A DNA stretch of 56,049 nt from Chloroflexota bacterium (lineage in GTDB: Bacteria; Chloroflexota; UBA4733), in contig JBPCLN010000101.1 of the NCBI GenBank assembly GCA_051003235.1, positions 1-56,049 on the forward strand. The letters run 5' to 3'. Positions 10,555-20,873 of this stretch are shown piece by piece; within the stretch, counting starts at the first letter, position 1, and every line of letters begins with the position of its first letter. Under the pieces are notes generated by a model that saw nothing but the letters and a program-made list of their open reading frames with translations, did not search any database and was not told the origin of the DNA. A program made the translations under genes and the position numbers.

Positions 10555-11622
10555 CTATTCGGAAAGGCGGAGGAAGCTAGCGTAGCGTCGCGCCGTCACG
10601 TCGCCGCCGGCTACCGCGGCGGTTACCGAGCAGCCGGGTTCACTCCGATGCCGGCAATCCATGCCGAAGCGACACGTCCCCACCAGGGGCCGCAGCTCTC
10701 GGAAAAGCAGCGCCACGTCGTCGCGGTGAACGTCCCAGAGACCGAATTCGCGCATGCCCGGCGTATCCACCACGCCGCCGCCACCGTCCAGGGCGAACAT
10801 TTCCAGCGACGTCGTCGTGTGTCGGCCCTTGCCGGTCAGATTGCTCACTTCGCCGACGCGCAAGCCAAGATCAGGTTGCACAGCGTTCAGGATCGTGGTC
10901 TTTCCCGCACCGGACTTCCCGGCGAGGACGGAGAGACGGCCTTGTAGGGCCTCGCGAAAGGAAGGGACGCCCATTCCGGTCGCGGCGCTGGTGAGAAAGA
11001 CCGGGTAGCCGAGACGGCGATAGTTTGCCACCTCCGCGTCGAACCGTCCCTCGGCCACCAAATCCATCTTGGTGATGCAGATGCCGGCGGGCACGTCGGT
11101 CGCCTCGGCGGAGGCCAGGTAGCGATCGACGAGTTCCCAGGAGAGGGCCGGGCGTTCGGCGGCACAGATGACGATGACCTGATCAACGTTGGTGACGATC
11201 ACCTGCTCAAGCGACTTCCCGCCCGCCGCCCGCCGCACCAACTTGCTCCGCCGCTCCTGGACGGCCACGATCACCCCGTGGCCGGCTTCTGCATCCAGAA
11301 AGGACACCGCATCGCCGACAGCAATGGGATCCACGGTGCGGATGTCCTCCACTGTCACTACATGGTGACGGAGCGAGCCGGCGTCGGCAATCGGGTAGAC
11401 CAGATGCTTGCGTAACCGGCTGGAGATCGTGCAACTCACGGTCCGGTCGCCCTGCCGGACGGCGTACAGGCCTTGACTCTTCCGGAATACCACACCATCC
11501 TGCTGGGCGCCGTTGGCAATCACCTCCGGCGTGTCTGTCGCTGCCTCCACAGCTGGATCAAGTAACGTCGGGGCGCCCTGGCTTGACCGGCGTTGGGACT
11601 GCTTCAATGCTTGTTTCGACAT
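10555..11622 (-). CDS. rsgA: Ribosome small subunit-dependent GTPase A (circularly permuted GTPase)
   Basis: VGD OB-fold, TKMD (G4), GKSGAGKT (G1), GRHTT, DTPGMREFG, CRFGMDCRHRSEPGC zinc finger. Confidence 0.93.
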   Translation of the reverse strand: MSKQALKQSQRRSSQGAPTLLDPAVEAATDTPEVIANGAQQDGVVFRKSQGLYAVRQGDRTVSCTISSRLRKHLVYPIADAGSLRHHVVTVEDIRTVDPIAVGDAVSFLDAEAGHGVIVAVQERRSKLVRRAAGGKSLEQVIVTNVDQVIVICAAERPALSWELVDRYLASAEATDVPAGICITKMDLVAEGRFDAEVANYRRLGYPVFLTSAATGMGVPSFREALQGRLSVLAGKSGAGKTTILNAVQPDLGLRVGEVSNLTGKGRHTTTSLEMFALDGGGGVVDTPGMREFGLWDVHRDDVALLFRELRPLVGTCRFGMDCRHRSEPGCSVTAAVAGGDVTARRYASFLRLSE

Positions 11623-11661
11623 ATGTCCTTCATTTCCATAACGACTCAAATGAACCGAGCG

Positions 11662-11712
11662 AAAAAGCGTTGCGCGACCGACGTACGGCCCGCGTGCACT
11701 TCAAGCGCAACG
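11662..11712 (-). terminator. Putative attenuator/terminator hairpin in the rsgA leader
   Basis: On - strand CGUUGCGC...GCGCAACG stem (11712-11705 / 11675-11668) followed by CUUUUU, ~40 nt before the rsgA start. Confidence 0.45.
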
Positions 11713-11825
11713 GGTAACTCTTGAAAACGGGCGGCCCAGCACGCACCGTCCGTAACAACGCGAGTAAACAGGATTGCTCAGCCTTCGAGCGTCACGCGCG
11801 TGACAGGCGCTTTCGGACCGATCGA

Positions 11826-11894
11826 CTACTGGGGAAAGTCGCTCGTTCCTGCCGCCCGGAGACCGTAACGGAGGGCAAACACATCTACACGCAT
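11826..11894 (-). CDS. Putative 22-aa leader peptide MRVDVFALRYGLRAAGTSDFPQ
   Basis: Strong RBS AAAGGAG 8 nt upstream, downstream of a sigma70 promoter and upstream of rsgA. Confidence 0.55.
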   Translation of the reverse strand: MRVDVFALRYGLRAAGTSDFPQ

Positions 11895-11958
11895 TGCACA
11901 CACTCCTTTCCGTCTCCCGCCGCCGCTCAGACCATCTGGGAGCGTCACGACTCGCTGC

Positions 11959-11987
11959 ACTGTACGGCTTCCTCCGTTCCATGTCAA
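11959..11987 (-). promoter_or_regulatory. Sigma70-type promoter for leader peptide/rsgA
   Basis: TTGACA-N17-TACAGT on - strand. Confidence 0.7.
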
Positions 11988-12101
11988 TGGGCAAGCATCG
12001 CAACACATCAGGCCGCGGCGCCCGGGGTTGGCGGTCCGGTGGTATAGTGGCGAGCGACGCCTGCAGTGATGCACTATGATGGGACGACCAGGGGCGTCGC
12101 T

Positions 12102-13233
12102 TTGGAAAGATGGGCAGGTTTCACCATATCCGAACTGTCGATATTGTTAGCTGAGTTGGCGCAACGCACCGCTCAGATGCAGGTGCGGCTTTGACCTGCC
12201 TACCAAGATTCAGTTAATCGCCGACCTCGACGCCCAGGCATCGGCGTCGGACTTTTGGGATGATCCTCGTTCCGCCCAGGCGACCAATCAACAACTGACG
12301 GTCCTCCGAGATCAGGTGGGCCGTTGGCAAGGCTTTGAGCACGATATTGGCGAGCTGCAAGAGTTGCTGGCTCTTGCTGAGGGTGACGACGAGCTCACCG
12401 CCGAGATTGAGCGGCAAGGCCGCGAACTGAACCGGCGCCTCGACCGCATGGAATTCGATCTGCTCCTCGGCGGAAAGTACGACATCAATAATGCCATCGT
12501 GGAGATCTCGTCCGGCGCCGGCGGCATTGAAGCCCAGGACTGGGCGGAAACGTTGCTGCGGATGTACCTGCGCTGGGGGCAAACTCACAAGTTCGAGACG
12601 GAGTTAGTCGACCAGCAACCGGGCGAAGAGGCCGGCATTAAGAGCGCCACCGTGCTGGTGCGCGGCGCTTACGCCTATGGGTATCTCGCCTCGGAGCGCG
12701 GTACGCATCGCCTGGTCCGGCTGTCGCCGTTCGATTCAGCCCAGCGGCGTCATACGTCGTTCGCGCTCGTTCAGGTGATGCCGGAAGTGCAGCAAGACAC
12801 GGAGATTCAGATTGATCTCCGGGACGTGCGCGTCGACACCTACCGCTCGACCGGCGCCGGGGGTCAGCACGTGAACAAGACGGACTCTGCGGTTCGCCTC
12901 ACCCATATTCCTACCGGTATTGTCGTTACTTGCCAGAACGAACGCTCTCAACTGCAAAATCGGGAAGTGGCTATGAGCATATTGCGTTCCCGATTACTCG
13001 AGCGGCGCCTCCAGGAGCAGGAGGCGGAGTCGGCCCGCCTGCGCGGGCAATTCGTCGCCGCCGACTTCGGCACCCAAATTCGCAACTACGTCCTGCACCC
13101 GTACACGCTCGTAAAGGACTTGCGGACCGCTGTTGAAACGAGTAACACCCAGGCAGTACTGGATGGCGATTTGGACGCCTTCATGGAGGCGTACTTGCGC
13201 TGGCAGGTCGGACGTAGCAGGAATGCCGCTTGA
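12102..13233 (+). CDS. prfB: Peptide chain release factor 2, +1 programmed frameshift at 12189-12195
   Basis: Internal SD AGGTG + CGG CTT TGA C shift site; downstream frame has GAGGIEAQDW, SPF, GAGGQHVNKT; start (TTG 12102 or ATA 12126) uncertain. Confidence 0.96.
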
Positions 13234-13369
13234 TGCGCGACTGTGTAAATTTCCGCGCACGCTAAGCAGTAAGACTAGTCGTACCGCCAGATTTGCGGTA
13301 TGATAAGAGACGGTCACCTGAGCGTTCCGCTGGCAGTCTAACCTTGCCGAGACGGCCTGAGAGGCACCG

Positions 13370-13837
13370 ATGCGCGCGTTCTTCCGGGTGCTTTTTGCCA
13401 CTTTGGCAATAGCCCTGGTTGCTGCTTGTGGTCAGGCGCAGAGCACGCTCAACACGGGGCAGTCATACGCATTGGCGCCGGACATGAGCGTCCGCCTGGT
13501 TTCCTACCGGCCCTCACTCAATGAGTTGCAATTACAAATTACGCTACTCCCAACCGGCAACACGGCTCTGGAATCGCTCGTGCCGGCCCTCGTCGTCATC
13601 CCCAATGGCGGACGTGAGACGTCGTCGACTCTCGATTTCCAACAGGCGGGCGCCCTGATCACGATGCTCCTGGCTGATGCCGAAAACGTGGCGAGCGTCA
13701 CCGTGCGCGACACGCGTAGCGGCCATTCGGCGGACTGGGCCGTGCAGACTGCCATGACGTTGTTGCCGTGCAAGGGCAGTGGTGACTGCCAGCTAATTGG
13801 CATGCCGCATGCGCAGACGCAGCCGGGCCACCCTTAG
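13370..13837 (+). CDS. Hypothetical lipoprotein
   Basis: RBS GAGG, signal peptide with LVAAC lipobox. Confidence 0.6.
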   Translation: MRAFFRVLFATLAIALVAACGQAQSTLNTGQSYALAPDMSVRLVSYRPSLNELQLQITLLPTGNTALESLVPALVVIPNGGRETSSTLDFQQAGALITMLLADAENVASVTVRDTRSGHSADWAVQTAMTLLPCKGSGDCQLIGMPHAQTQPGHP

Positions 13838-13971
13838 CCGGTACGTTTGCTGCGCTCGCGGATCAAGTGGGGAGCGGTGCCGCGCCCGACCGCATATCTT
13901 GGTATGATGTGCGTGCCGGTCGGATCACGCCTCGGTGCATTTGGCCGCCCGGCCCCTTCAAATGACGGGCG

Positions 13972-14832
13972 GTGGCGAAGTTGATTCGAGCTTCCGGGGT
14001 GGCGGGCGTCTTCCTCGTCCTAGTGCTCAATCTGCTGTTAGCGCTCGCCGTACGACGCGCCCAGGCGAGCAGCCGTCCCGTACCGCCACGCATGCGAACG
14101 CGCATCGCTGTCTTCGGCGCCGGCACGCTGCTCCTTCTAATTGCGTGCCTGCTGCCCAACGGCAGTGTCTTGCCGGCGATGACCGGCCATGTGCTATTGG
14201 CCTTCGCGGTGCCGCCGCTGCTCCTCCTCGGCATCCCTCGCCCCGTACTGGTGCCGCTCTTTGCCCATCGCCGGTCGCGCCATATCCTGCTGGAAATGAC
14301 GCGACCGGCGCGAGCCGCCATCATATTCCTCAGTACCCTCTTCCTTTGTTACCTGCCGCGGGCCTTCGAGGCGACACTGGCGAACGATTGGCTGCGGTTT
14401 GCTATGGGTCTCGCTATTCTGGTCGCCGCCTTGCTCTTCTGGTGGCCGGTCATCGAACCGTTCCCGACATGGGAACGCGAACTGGCTGAGGTCGGGAAGT
14501 TGCTCTACCTGTTTATCGGCAGTTCCGTGCTGAAGGCCCTGGGCTTTATCCTGGCGATCACGCCCCGCCCGATCTACACCTTGCCCGCGAACGCGCATCC
14601 CCTGTGGGGCTTGTCCGCTATCAATGATCAACAGTACGCCGGATGGCTCATGGTCAGCGCCGGCACCTTCGTCCTCCTGGCCGCTGCTACAGTCATTTGC
14701 ATCCGACTCCTGCACGAACCGGGCGAGGACGACGGCCCGCCACTGCCCTGGCCCCGCCGCTCGGATACCGGCGGCAAGAACTTCAACGTCGACATCAAAT
14801 GGCCACAGGGACCCGATTCCGGCGCCGAGTGA
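13972..14832 (+). CDS. Cytochrome c oxidase assembly factor, Caa3_CtaG-like membrane protein
   Basis: HVLLAFAVPPLLLLGIP, LLFWWPVI, DQQYAGWLM motifs; multiple TMs. Confidence 0.75.
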   Translation: MAKLIRASGVAGVFLVLVLNLLLALAVRRAQASSRPVPPRMRTRIAVFGAGTLLLLIACLLPNGSVLPAMTGHVLLAFAVPPLLLLGIPRPVLVPLFAHRRSRHILLEMTRPARAAIIFLSTLFLCYLPRAFEATLANDWLRFAMGLAILVAALLFWWPVIEPFPTWERELAEVGKLLYLFIGSSVLKALGFILAITPRPIYTLPANAHPLWGLSAINDQQYAGWLMVSAGTFVLLAAATVICIRLLHEPGEDDGPPLPWPRRSDTGGKNFNVDIKWPQGPDSGAE

Positions 14833-14916
14833 ACGGCATGGCAGTCGAGAAACGGGCCGATTTCAAGGCGTCAACCCCTATTCCCCAACCAGGGAGCGAG
14901 TGGCGTAAGGAGCGAC

Positions 14917-15840
14917 GTGGCAAGTTGGCTTGAGGTGGCAGTTGAGGCCAACCCGGAGGCCGCGGAAGAGTTGATGGGTGTGCTGCGTCGGTACTGTCCC
15001 GATGGCGTAGTAGCCGTGCAGGCCTTGACCGCGGCGGACAGCGACGCCGGCTGGGATGGCAGCGCGCCGGATGGTCCCGTGACGTTGCGCGGCTACCTGC
15101 CGGTGGATGCCCACACCAATGGGCGCCGCCAGGAGATCGAAACTGCGGTGTGGCATGTCTCTTGCCTCGCTCCCGGAGTAGTGGTCGGTCCGACTTTCCA
15201 GGAACTACGGGAAGAAGATTGGGCCAACGCCTGGAAAAAGTTCTACCGTCCCCAGCGCATCGGCCGGCGCTTGCTCCTGGGTCCAACCTGGGAAGCATTC
15301 AGCAGCGGTCCCGACGATGTAGTGGTACGCCTGGACCCCGGCAACGCCTTCGGGACCGGACTGCATCCAACCACGCGCCTGGCGCTGCAACTGCTGGAAG
15401 GTACGCCGTTGGTCGGCGTGCGCCTCCTTGATGTCGGCGCCGGATCGGGTGTGCTGGCCATCGCCGGGGCCCTGCTTGGCGCCGGCGAGGTCCTGGCGCT
15501 GGATACGAGCGCCGACGCGGTGCGCGTGACGGCCGAGAATGCGCGGGTGAACGGGCAGGCAGAGCGTATCACCGTCCGCGAGGGGTCGGCGGATCTCGTC
15601 CGGCAGGAAGCCAATCCGCAGTTTGACGTTGTCGTTGCCAACATCGTCGCCAAGGTATTGATACAACTGGCGGAAGACTTGACGGCGGCGGTCGCGCCCG
15701 AAGGTCAACTGCTGCTTTCCGGCATCATCGAGCCGGCCGAACTTGAATTGATGGTGACGTTCGCTACCTTCGGCTTCCTGCCCGTAGAACGCCTGGCGGA
15801 AGCCGACTGGCGCGCCCTGCGTCTGCAACGGCTCGCCTGA
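14917..15840 (+). CDS. prmA: 50S ribosomal protein L11 methyltransferase
   Basis: EEDWANAWK, LDPGNAFGTGLHPTT, LDVGAGSGVLAI, VVANI, LLSGII. Confidence 0.95.
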   Translation: MASWLEVAVEANPEAAEELMGVLRRYCPDGVVAVQALTAADSDAGWDGSAPDGPVTLRGYLPVDAHTNGRRQEIETAVWHVSCLAPGVVVGPTFQELREEDWANAWKKFYRPQRIGRRLLLGPTWEAFSSGPDDVVVRLDPGNAFGTGLHPTTRLALQLLEGTPLVGVRLLDVGAGSGVLAIAGALLGAGEVLALDTSADAVRVTAENARVNGQAERITVREGSADLVRQEANPQFDVVVANIVAKVLIQLAEDLTAAVAPEGQLLLSGIIEPAELELMVTFATFGFLPVERLAEADWRALRLQRLA

Positions 15841-16566
15841 GTGCCTCGATTCGTAGTCTCGGCGGCGACGATGGCGGATGACGACGCGGTGTTGGAAGGG
15901 CCGGTGGCGCGGCAGATCGCCGTTGTGTTGCGCCTGCATGTGGACGACGAAATCACGCTCTGTGATGGCCAGGGTACGGAAGCGCCGGGCATCCTCACTT
16001 CCGTGTCACTCCGCCGGGTGACCGTGCGCCTTCTGCGGCGGGTCATGACCAATGTGGAAGCAGCGCTGGATATCCACCTCTTTCCAGCATTGCTGCGCGC
16101 GCCACGCTTTGAGCTCGTCCTGCAGAAAGCGACCGAACTAGGAGTCGCGGCAATCACGCCGATGCTGTGCCACCGCTCCGTCGCGCGGCCGTCCGGCGAC
16201 GATATTCCGGAGCGCTGGCGGAGCATCGTCCGCGAAGCGGTCGAGCAGTCAGGCCGCAGCCGCCTGCCGGCCCTGGCGGCGGCCGTGCCGTATACCACCG
16301 CCTGCGCCCGGGCGGCCCGCGCCGACCTGGCCATCTGCTGTTCCGAGCACGGCGGCGAGGATCTGCGCTCCTTTTTTGTCCCTCCTGTTCCCCGAACGTT
16401 CGCTGTGCTGGTGGGACCCGAGGGTGGTCTGGAACCGGCCGAAGTGAGCGAAGCCGACCACCAGGGCCTCCGTCCAGTGACGTTGGGCACCCGCATCCTC
16501 CGCGCCGAAACCGCCGCAATCGCTGTCTGTTCGGCGGCATTGTGCCTGGCCGGGGACTGGCGGTAA
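15841..16566 (+). CDS. rsmE: 16S rRNA m3U1498 methyltransferase
   Basis: VLRL, QKATELGV, EAVEQSGR, VGPEGG, LGTRILRAETA; follows prmA. Confidence 0.95.
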   Translation: MPRFVVSAATMADDDAVLEGPVARQIAVVLRLHVDDEITLCDGQGTEAPGILTSVSLRRVTVRLLRRVMTNVEAALDIHLFPALLRAPRFELVLQKATELGVAAITPMLCHRSVARPSGDDIPERWRSIVREAVEQSGRSRLPALAAAVPYTTACARAARADLAICCSEHGGEDLRSFFVPPVPRTFAVLVGPEGGLEPAEVSEADHQGLRPVTLGTRILRAETAAIAVCSAALCLAGDWR

Positions 16567-16568
16567 CG

Positions 16569-17327
16569 ATGGCTACGGTACTTGGCATCCCGATCGCCCC
16601 CGTTGACCGGGCGGGCGCCGTAGAGCGAGTGGTCGCCTTGATGGCCAGCGGTGGGCATCATCAGGTGGTGACGGTCAATCCGGAGTTCCTCGTTGCTGCC
16701 CGCTATCGCCCAATGTTCGCCGCCATTCTTCGGCGCGCGGCCCTGGCAACGGCGGACGGCGTCGGGATCCTGCTGGCGGCGCGCTTGCAAGGCACACCGC
16801 TCCAAGGACGAGTCACCGGCACAGACCTGGTCGTAGACCTCGCCCAACGCGCCGCCGAACTGCAATGGGGCATTTTCCTGTTGGGGGCGGCGCCCGGCGT
16901 AGCCGAGCGCGCGGCGGAAACGCTACGCCTGGGTGTGCCGGGGGTGCGCGTCGTTGGCGTCTGGGCCGGATCGCCTCGCGCGGACGACGAAGCGGATATT
17001 CTGCGCCGGCTGGCTGTCGCTCGACCCGACGTATTACTCGTCGCCTACGGAGCGCCTGCGCAGGAGCTCTGGTTGGCGCGCAATCTAGCGCAAACGCCGG
17101 CCATCATCGGCATTGGTGTGGGCGGCGCTTTCGACTTTCTGGCCGGCGTCAAACCGCGCGCACCACAGGTGCTGCAGCGTGCCGGCCTGGAGTGGCTCTA
17201 CCGCCTCTTGCAGGAGCCATGGCGGGCCCGGCGTATGCTGGCCCTGCCCGCTTTTGTCGCCCTCGTCGCCCGCGACGTGCTGGCACAACGCTTGCGACGG
17301 AGAAGCCGTGCAGGCGATATCAATTGA
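16569..17327 (+). CDS. WecB/TagA/CpsF family glycosyltransferase
   Basis: VTVNPE, ADGVGI, RVTGTDL, AYGAPAQE, GVGGAFDF, LEWLYRL.QEP.R. Confidence 0.93.
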   Translation: MATVLGIPIAPVDRAGAVERVVALMASGGHHQVVTVNPEFLVAARYRPMFAAILRRAALATADGVGILLAARLQGTPLQGRVTGTDLVVDLAQRAAELQWGIFLLGAAPGVAERAAETLRLGVPGVRVVGVWAGSPRADDEADILRRLAVARPDVLLVAYGAPAQELWLARNLAQTPAIIGIGVGGAFDFLAGVKPRAPQVLQRAGLEWLYRLLQEPWRARRMLALPAFVALVARDVLAQRLRRRSRAGDIN

Positions 17328-17438
17328 CCGCCACAGGGCCGCGGTCTATAGTTGCTGTTAGCATCAAAGAGGTGCCAAATGGGGCTTTCATTACCAGCCC
17401 TGCGTTCCTCACCGGACAACCGGCAAGGATGGGGTGTC

Positions 17439-17849
17439 ATGGCGAACGAGCGAGTGGACTCGAGCAGCTTGCTCGAGCTCATTGACGAGCAAGAGGAGCT
17501 GATTGAGCAACGCTCGCGTGACCTCGGCATCGCCCGTCGTAGCCTGGAGCGCGCGCGTACCCAGTGGCTCGTATTGCAGAATTACGACACGGTCGCCTCC
17601 ACCCGAGAGCGGGAAGAAGCGGCCATGCATCTGGAAGGGATCGCCGCCTACGTCCAGCAGTTGGAGGACGGCATCGTCGCCTCCCACGCCCTGATCAAAG
17701 CGTACAAGCGGGCGCGCGTTGACAATTTTCCCTGGGTTCGGGCGCTCGGTTTTGCGCATCGTCAGATCACCCGCCGCTTACCAGGCCGCCGCCGCGGTGA
17801 AACGCTGATCTTGCCGGCGGCCGAGGAACCCCAAGCGCTGGAGGAATAG
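17439..17849 (+). CDS. Hypothetical coiled-coil protein
   Basis: Open frame with GC-typical codon use, E/R-rich heptads, fills gap between convergent genes. Confidence 0.6.
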   Translation: MANERVDSSSLLELIDEQEELIEQRSRDLGIARRSLERARTQWLVLQNYDTVASTREREEAAMHLEGIAAYVQQLEDGIVASHALIKAYKRARVDNFPWVRALGFAHRQITRRLPGRRRGETLILPAAEEPQALEE

Positions 17850-17869
17850 GCGCAAGGGCGGGTCTGCTG

Positions 17870-18604
17870 TCAATGGCGCATGGCCACGAGCAAAGCAATG
17901 ATCGCCAGACCGTTGTTGGCGCCATGGAGCAGCATCGAGGCAAACAGGCTGCGTGTGCGCTGAAAGACTAGGGCGAGGATGCAGCCCATAACAAACAGCA
18001 CCGGAAGCAGCTTCCAGAGACCGGCCACGCCGGAAACCAGGTGGGCGGAGGCAAAAATCAGGGCATCCACGACGACCGCCGGCGCCACGCCGAGGCGTCC
18101 CCGCAGCCATTGGTAGAGCACGCCCCGGAAAAGCGCTTCCTCCACCAGGGGCGCAACGCCGGCCACCACTACGAACGCTAGGGCGATAGTGCCCGGACCA
18201 ATACCGCGGAGGCCGCCCGGGCCAAACAGTTCGGTCACATTGGAAGGAATGGGCTGACCGTGATTGATGACATAGGCGGAGGCAATACCGGCGAGAAGGA
18301 GGATGCCAAACCAGACCGGCAGAAACGTCAGGACACCGAGTAGCGTCTTCCAGCCGGGAAAACGATAGCCGAGAACACTCCAGCCGCCGGAGCTGCGAAT
18401 CACCACCACAATCGCCAGGTAGAGGATCAAATACACGATCGCCGTCAGGGCGAGGCCGGTGCTGACCGAAAGGGTGCGCTGCTGCGCTCGCAGCATGACG
18501 CCGACGAGCAGCACTCCACCCGCCACCCAGCCGGCGAGACTGAGGCCAAGGATGGTGATGATATGGCCGAAGCCCCACGGTGTCCGACTGGTCCGCTCGC
18601 TCAC
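17870..18604 (-). CDS. CPBP (CAAX/Abi) intramembrane glutamic protease
   Basis: EEALFRG, FASAH, HGANN motifs. Confidence 0.92.
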   Translation of the reverse strand: MSERTSRTPWGFGHIITILGLSLAGWVAGGVLLVGVMLRAQQRTLSVSTGLALTAIVYLILYLAIVVVIRSSGGWSVLGYRFPGWKTLLGVLTFLPVWFGILLLAGIASAYVINHGQPIPSNVTELFGPGGLRGIGPGTIALAFVVVAGVAPLVEEALFRGVLYQWLRGRLGVAPAVVVDALIFASAHLVSGVAGLWKLLPVLFVMGCILALVFQRTRSLFASMLLHGANNGLAIIALLVAMRH

Positions 18605-19362
18605 CGTGCCGTCAGTCCGCCATCGATGACCAGGGCCGTCCCCGTCACGAAGGCGCTGTCGTCGCAGGCCAGGTAGAGCGCAGCTTTGGCGATCTCTCCC
18701 GGCTCTCCCATCCGGCCCATCGGCTGGCGTTCCACCATGCGTTGCCGTTCCGCCACGGGGTCAGGCTGGGCACTGAGGATCTTCTGAATCCAGGGCGAGT
18801 CGACAGTACCGGGACAGATGGCGTTGATGCGGATATTCTGACCGACAAAGTCCACCGCTACCGATTTGGTCAAGCCGACCACACCCGCCTTCGCCGCACA
18901 ATACGCGGCGCGGTTCGCCACCCCGACCTGGCCGGCCACGGACGCCGTATTGACAATCACACCGCCACCGCCCGTGATCATCGCCGGGATCGCGTACTTG
19001 CAACCCAGATAGACGCCTTTGAGATCGACAGCGAGGGTGCGGTCCCAATCTTCTTCGCTGGTTTCCACCACGGTCGCGGCGACACCGATACCGGCGTTGT
19101 TACATAGAATGTCGAGGCGGCCCCAGCGTTGCAGGACGCCATCCACCGTCCGCTGAACCTCGGCGCTCTTGGAGACGTCAACCGCAAAATATTCCGCCTC
19201 TCCACCCGCGGCGCGAATACGCTCGACGGTGGCGACGCCGCCGGTTTTCGAATAGTCCGCCACGCCAACGCAGGCTCCCTCGGCAGCGAATAGCTCGGCG
19301 ATCGCCTGGCCGATTCCCGATCCTGCGCCTGTCACCAATGCGATCTTCCCGGCCAGCTTCAT
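18601..19362 (-). CDS. Short-chain dehydrogenase/reductase
   Basis: TGAGSGIG, NNAG, YCAAK, ICPG, DGG. Confidence 0.95.
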   Translation of the reverse strand: MKLAGKIALVTGAGSGIGQAIAELFAAEGACVGVADYSKTGGVATVERIRAAGGEAEYFAVDVSKSAEVQRTVDGVLQRWGRLDILCNNAGIGVAATVVETSEEDWDRTLAVDLKGVYLGCKYAIPAMITGGGGVIVNTASVAGQVGVANRAAYCAAKAGVVGLTKSVAVDFVGQNIRINAICPGTVDSPWIQKILSAQPDPVAERQRMVERQPMGRMGEPGEIAKAALYLACDDSAFVTGTALVIDGGLTAR

Positions 19363-19448
19363 GCGCTCTCCCCACGGTATGACACACCCCGACGGAGCAA
19401 GGGTACGACCAGGGGGGACGGCACGTCAACGCCGCGGGAAGCTTGCGC

Positions 19449-20873
19449 TCAGGGCTGGGGCGCTTGGCCCAGCGAGACCGGCTTGCTCACTTTCTGGTTG
19501 TCTGTCGCCTGCACCCAGGTCAGCGTGATCTTGTCGCCCGGCTTATAGGATTGAAGGGTGCCGGAAAGGCTGCTGGTATCGGTAATCGCCTGGTCCTCAA
19601 TCGCCGTGATCACGTCCTTTGGCTTAATTCCAGCAGCGCCCGCCGGTGAGCGGGCCGGCAGCTTCAGAACGACGACACCGGTCACAATGGGCAGACCGAA
19701 GCGCTGCGCGAGGGCTGGTGAGTTCGTCGTGACGTCCACCCCGAGGTAGGCATAGTCAACGTGACCCTGAGCCATGAGCGTGGCGGCAATCTTCTTGGCA
19801 GTGTTGATGGCAATGGCGAAGCCGATACCCTCCGCCTGAGGTCCCCCGGGCTGCGCCGTACCGGCCTCCAGTGTGTTGATGCCAACGACCTGTCCGTCCA
19901 GGTTGACGAGCGGGCCGCCGCTGTTGCCTGGGTTAATGGGGGCGCTGGTTTGGATGACGTCGAAGAGGAAGGGCCCGGCTGTCGTTGCCTGGCTGGTCTG
20001 GGTAGCGCCGCCCACGCTCTTGCTACTCTGGATCGGCGGTTCCTGGACCGTGCGGCCGAGCGCGCTGACCACGCCAGCCGTGACGGTGGGACCGCCCGGC
20101 AGGGCTAGGGCGTTGCCAATAGCGACGACCCACTGTCCCACCGCCAGCTTGCTCGAGTCCCCCAGGGCTAGAGGCGTGAGTTGGGCGCCACTGACCTGCA
20201 CGACTGCCAGATCAGTCCGCGGATCGGCGCCCACCAGCGTCGCAGGATACTCCTTGGCGCCGTCGGACAGGCTAACGACGAGTTTCTGAGCGCCCCGTAC
20301 GACGTGGTCATTGGTGAGAATGTGCCCCTGCGTGTCAAGCACAATTCCGGTGCCCACCCCCGTTGGTACGGCCTGACCACTGCCGAGGGCGCCCAACTGC
20401 ACCTGCTCGTTTGTAATCTGGACTACACCCGGCGTGTCCTTTTTCGCTACGCTGATGATAGAGTCAGGAGCGAGAGCAGCCTGACCGGACGGCGACCCGA
20501 TCCCGGCCACCACCAGTTCCGCCGTGGGCACCCCGGCCACCGTCTGTGCAGACGAACTACTGTGCACTGTCGCTGTCGGCGAGGAAGTGGACGTGTCCGT
20601 CTGGTCTTTTGCTGTTGACACGGCGGAGGTTGTGACGGGCGCGGTGGTCGCGACAGCCGCACTGGTAGTAGAAGCCGGAGCGCTCGTCCCCGTACTGGTA
20701 ATTGCTACCGTGGTCGCCGTGCCGCTTGTCGCGGCAGGCGCTGACGAAGCGGACGCAGAACTGACGGACGAACGCGACCCACTGCTGTTCGACGCCGTGG
20801 CGCTCACCGAACAACCGGTGAGGATAAGCAAGGCTGTGAGGAGTCCAGTGAACGTCCGAGTTCGCGGCCGCAT
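19449..20873 (-). CDS. htrA: HtrA/DegP-type S1C serine protease with PDZ, lipoprotein
   Basis: LTGC lipobox, S/T linker, ILTNDHVV, DLAV, INPGNSGGPL, C-terminal PDZ. Confidence 0.9.
   Translation of the reverse strand: MRPRTRTFTGLLTALLILTGCSVSATASNSSGSRSSVSSASASSAPAATSGTATTVAITSTGTSAPASTTSAAVATTAPVTTSAVSTAKDQTDTSTSSPTATVHSSSSAQTVAGVPTAELVVAGIGSPSGQAALAPDSIISVAKKDTPGVVQITNEQVQLGALGSGQAVPTGVGTGIVLDTQGHILTNDHVVRGAQKLVVSLSDGAKEYPATLVGADPRTDLAVVQVSGAQLTPLALGDSSKLAVGQWVVAIGNALALPGGPTVTAGVVSALGRTVQEPPIQSSKSVGGATQTSQATTAGPFLFDVIQTSAPINPGNSGGPLVNLDGQVVGINTLEAGTAQPGGPQAEGIGFAIAINTAKKIAATLMAQGHVDYAYLGVDVTTNSPALAQRFGLPIVTGVVVLKLPARSPAGAAGIKPKDVITAIEDQAITDTSSLSGTLQSYKPGDKITLTWVQATDNQKVSKPVSLGQAPQP

Noticed and set aside
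12181-12195. prfB internal stop as a pseudogene or novelty
   Set aside because: It is the well-known autoregulatory +1 frameshift (SD-like AGGTG, CTT TGA C)
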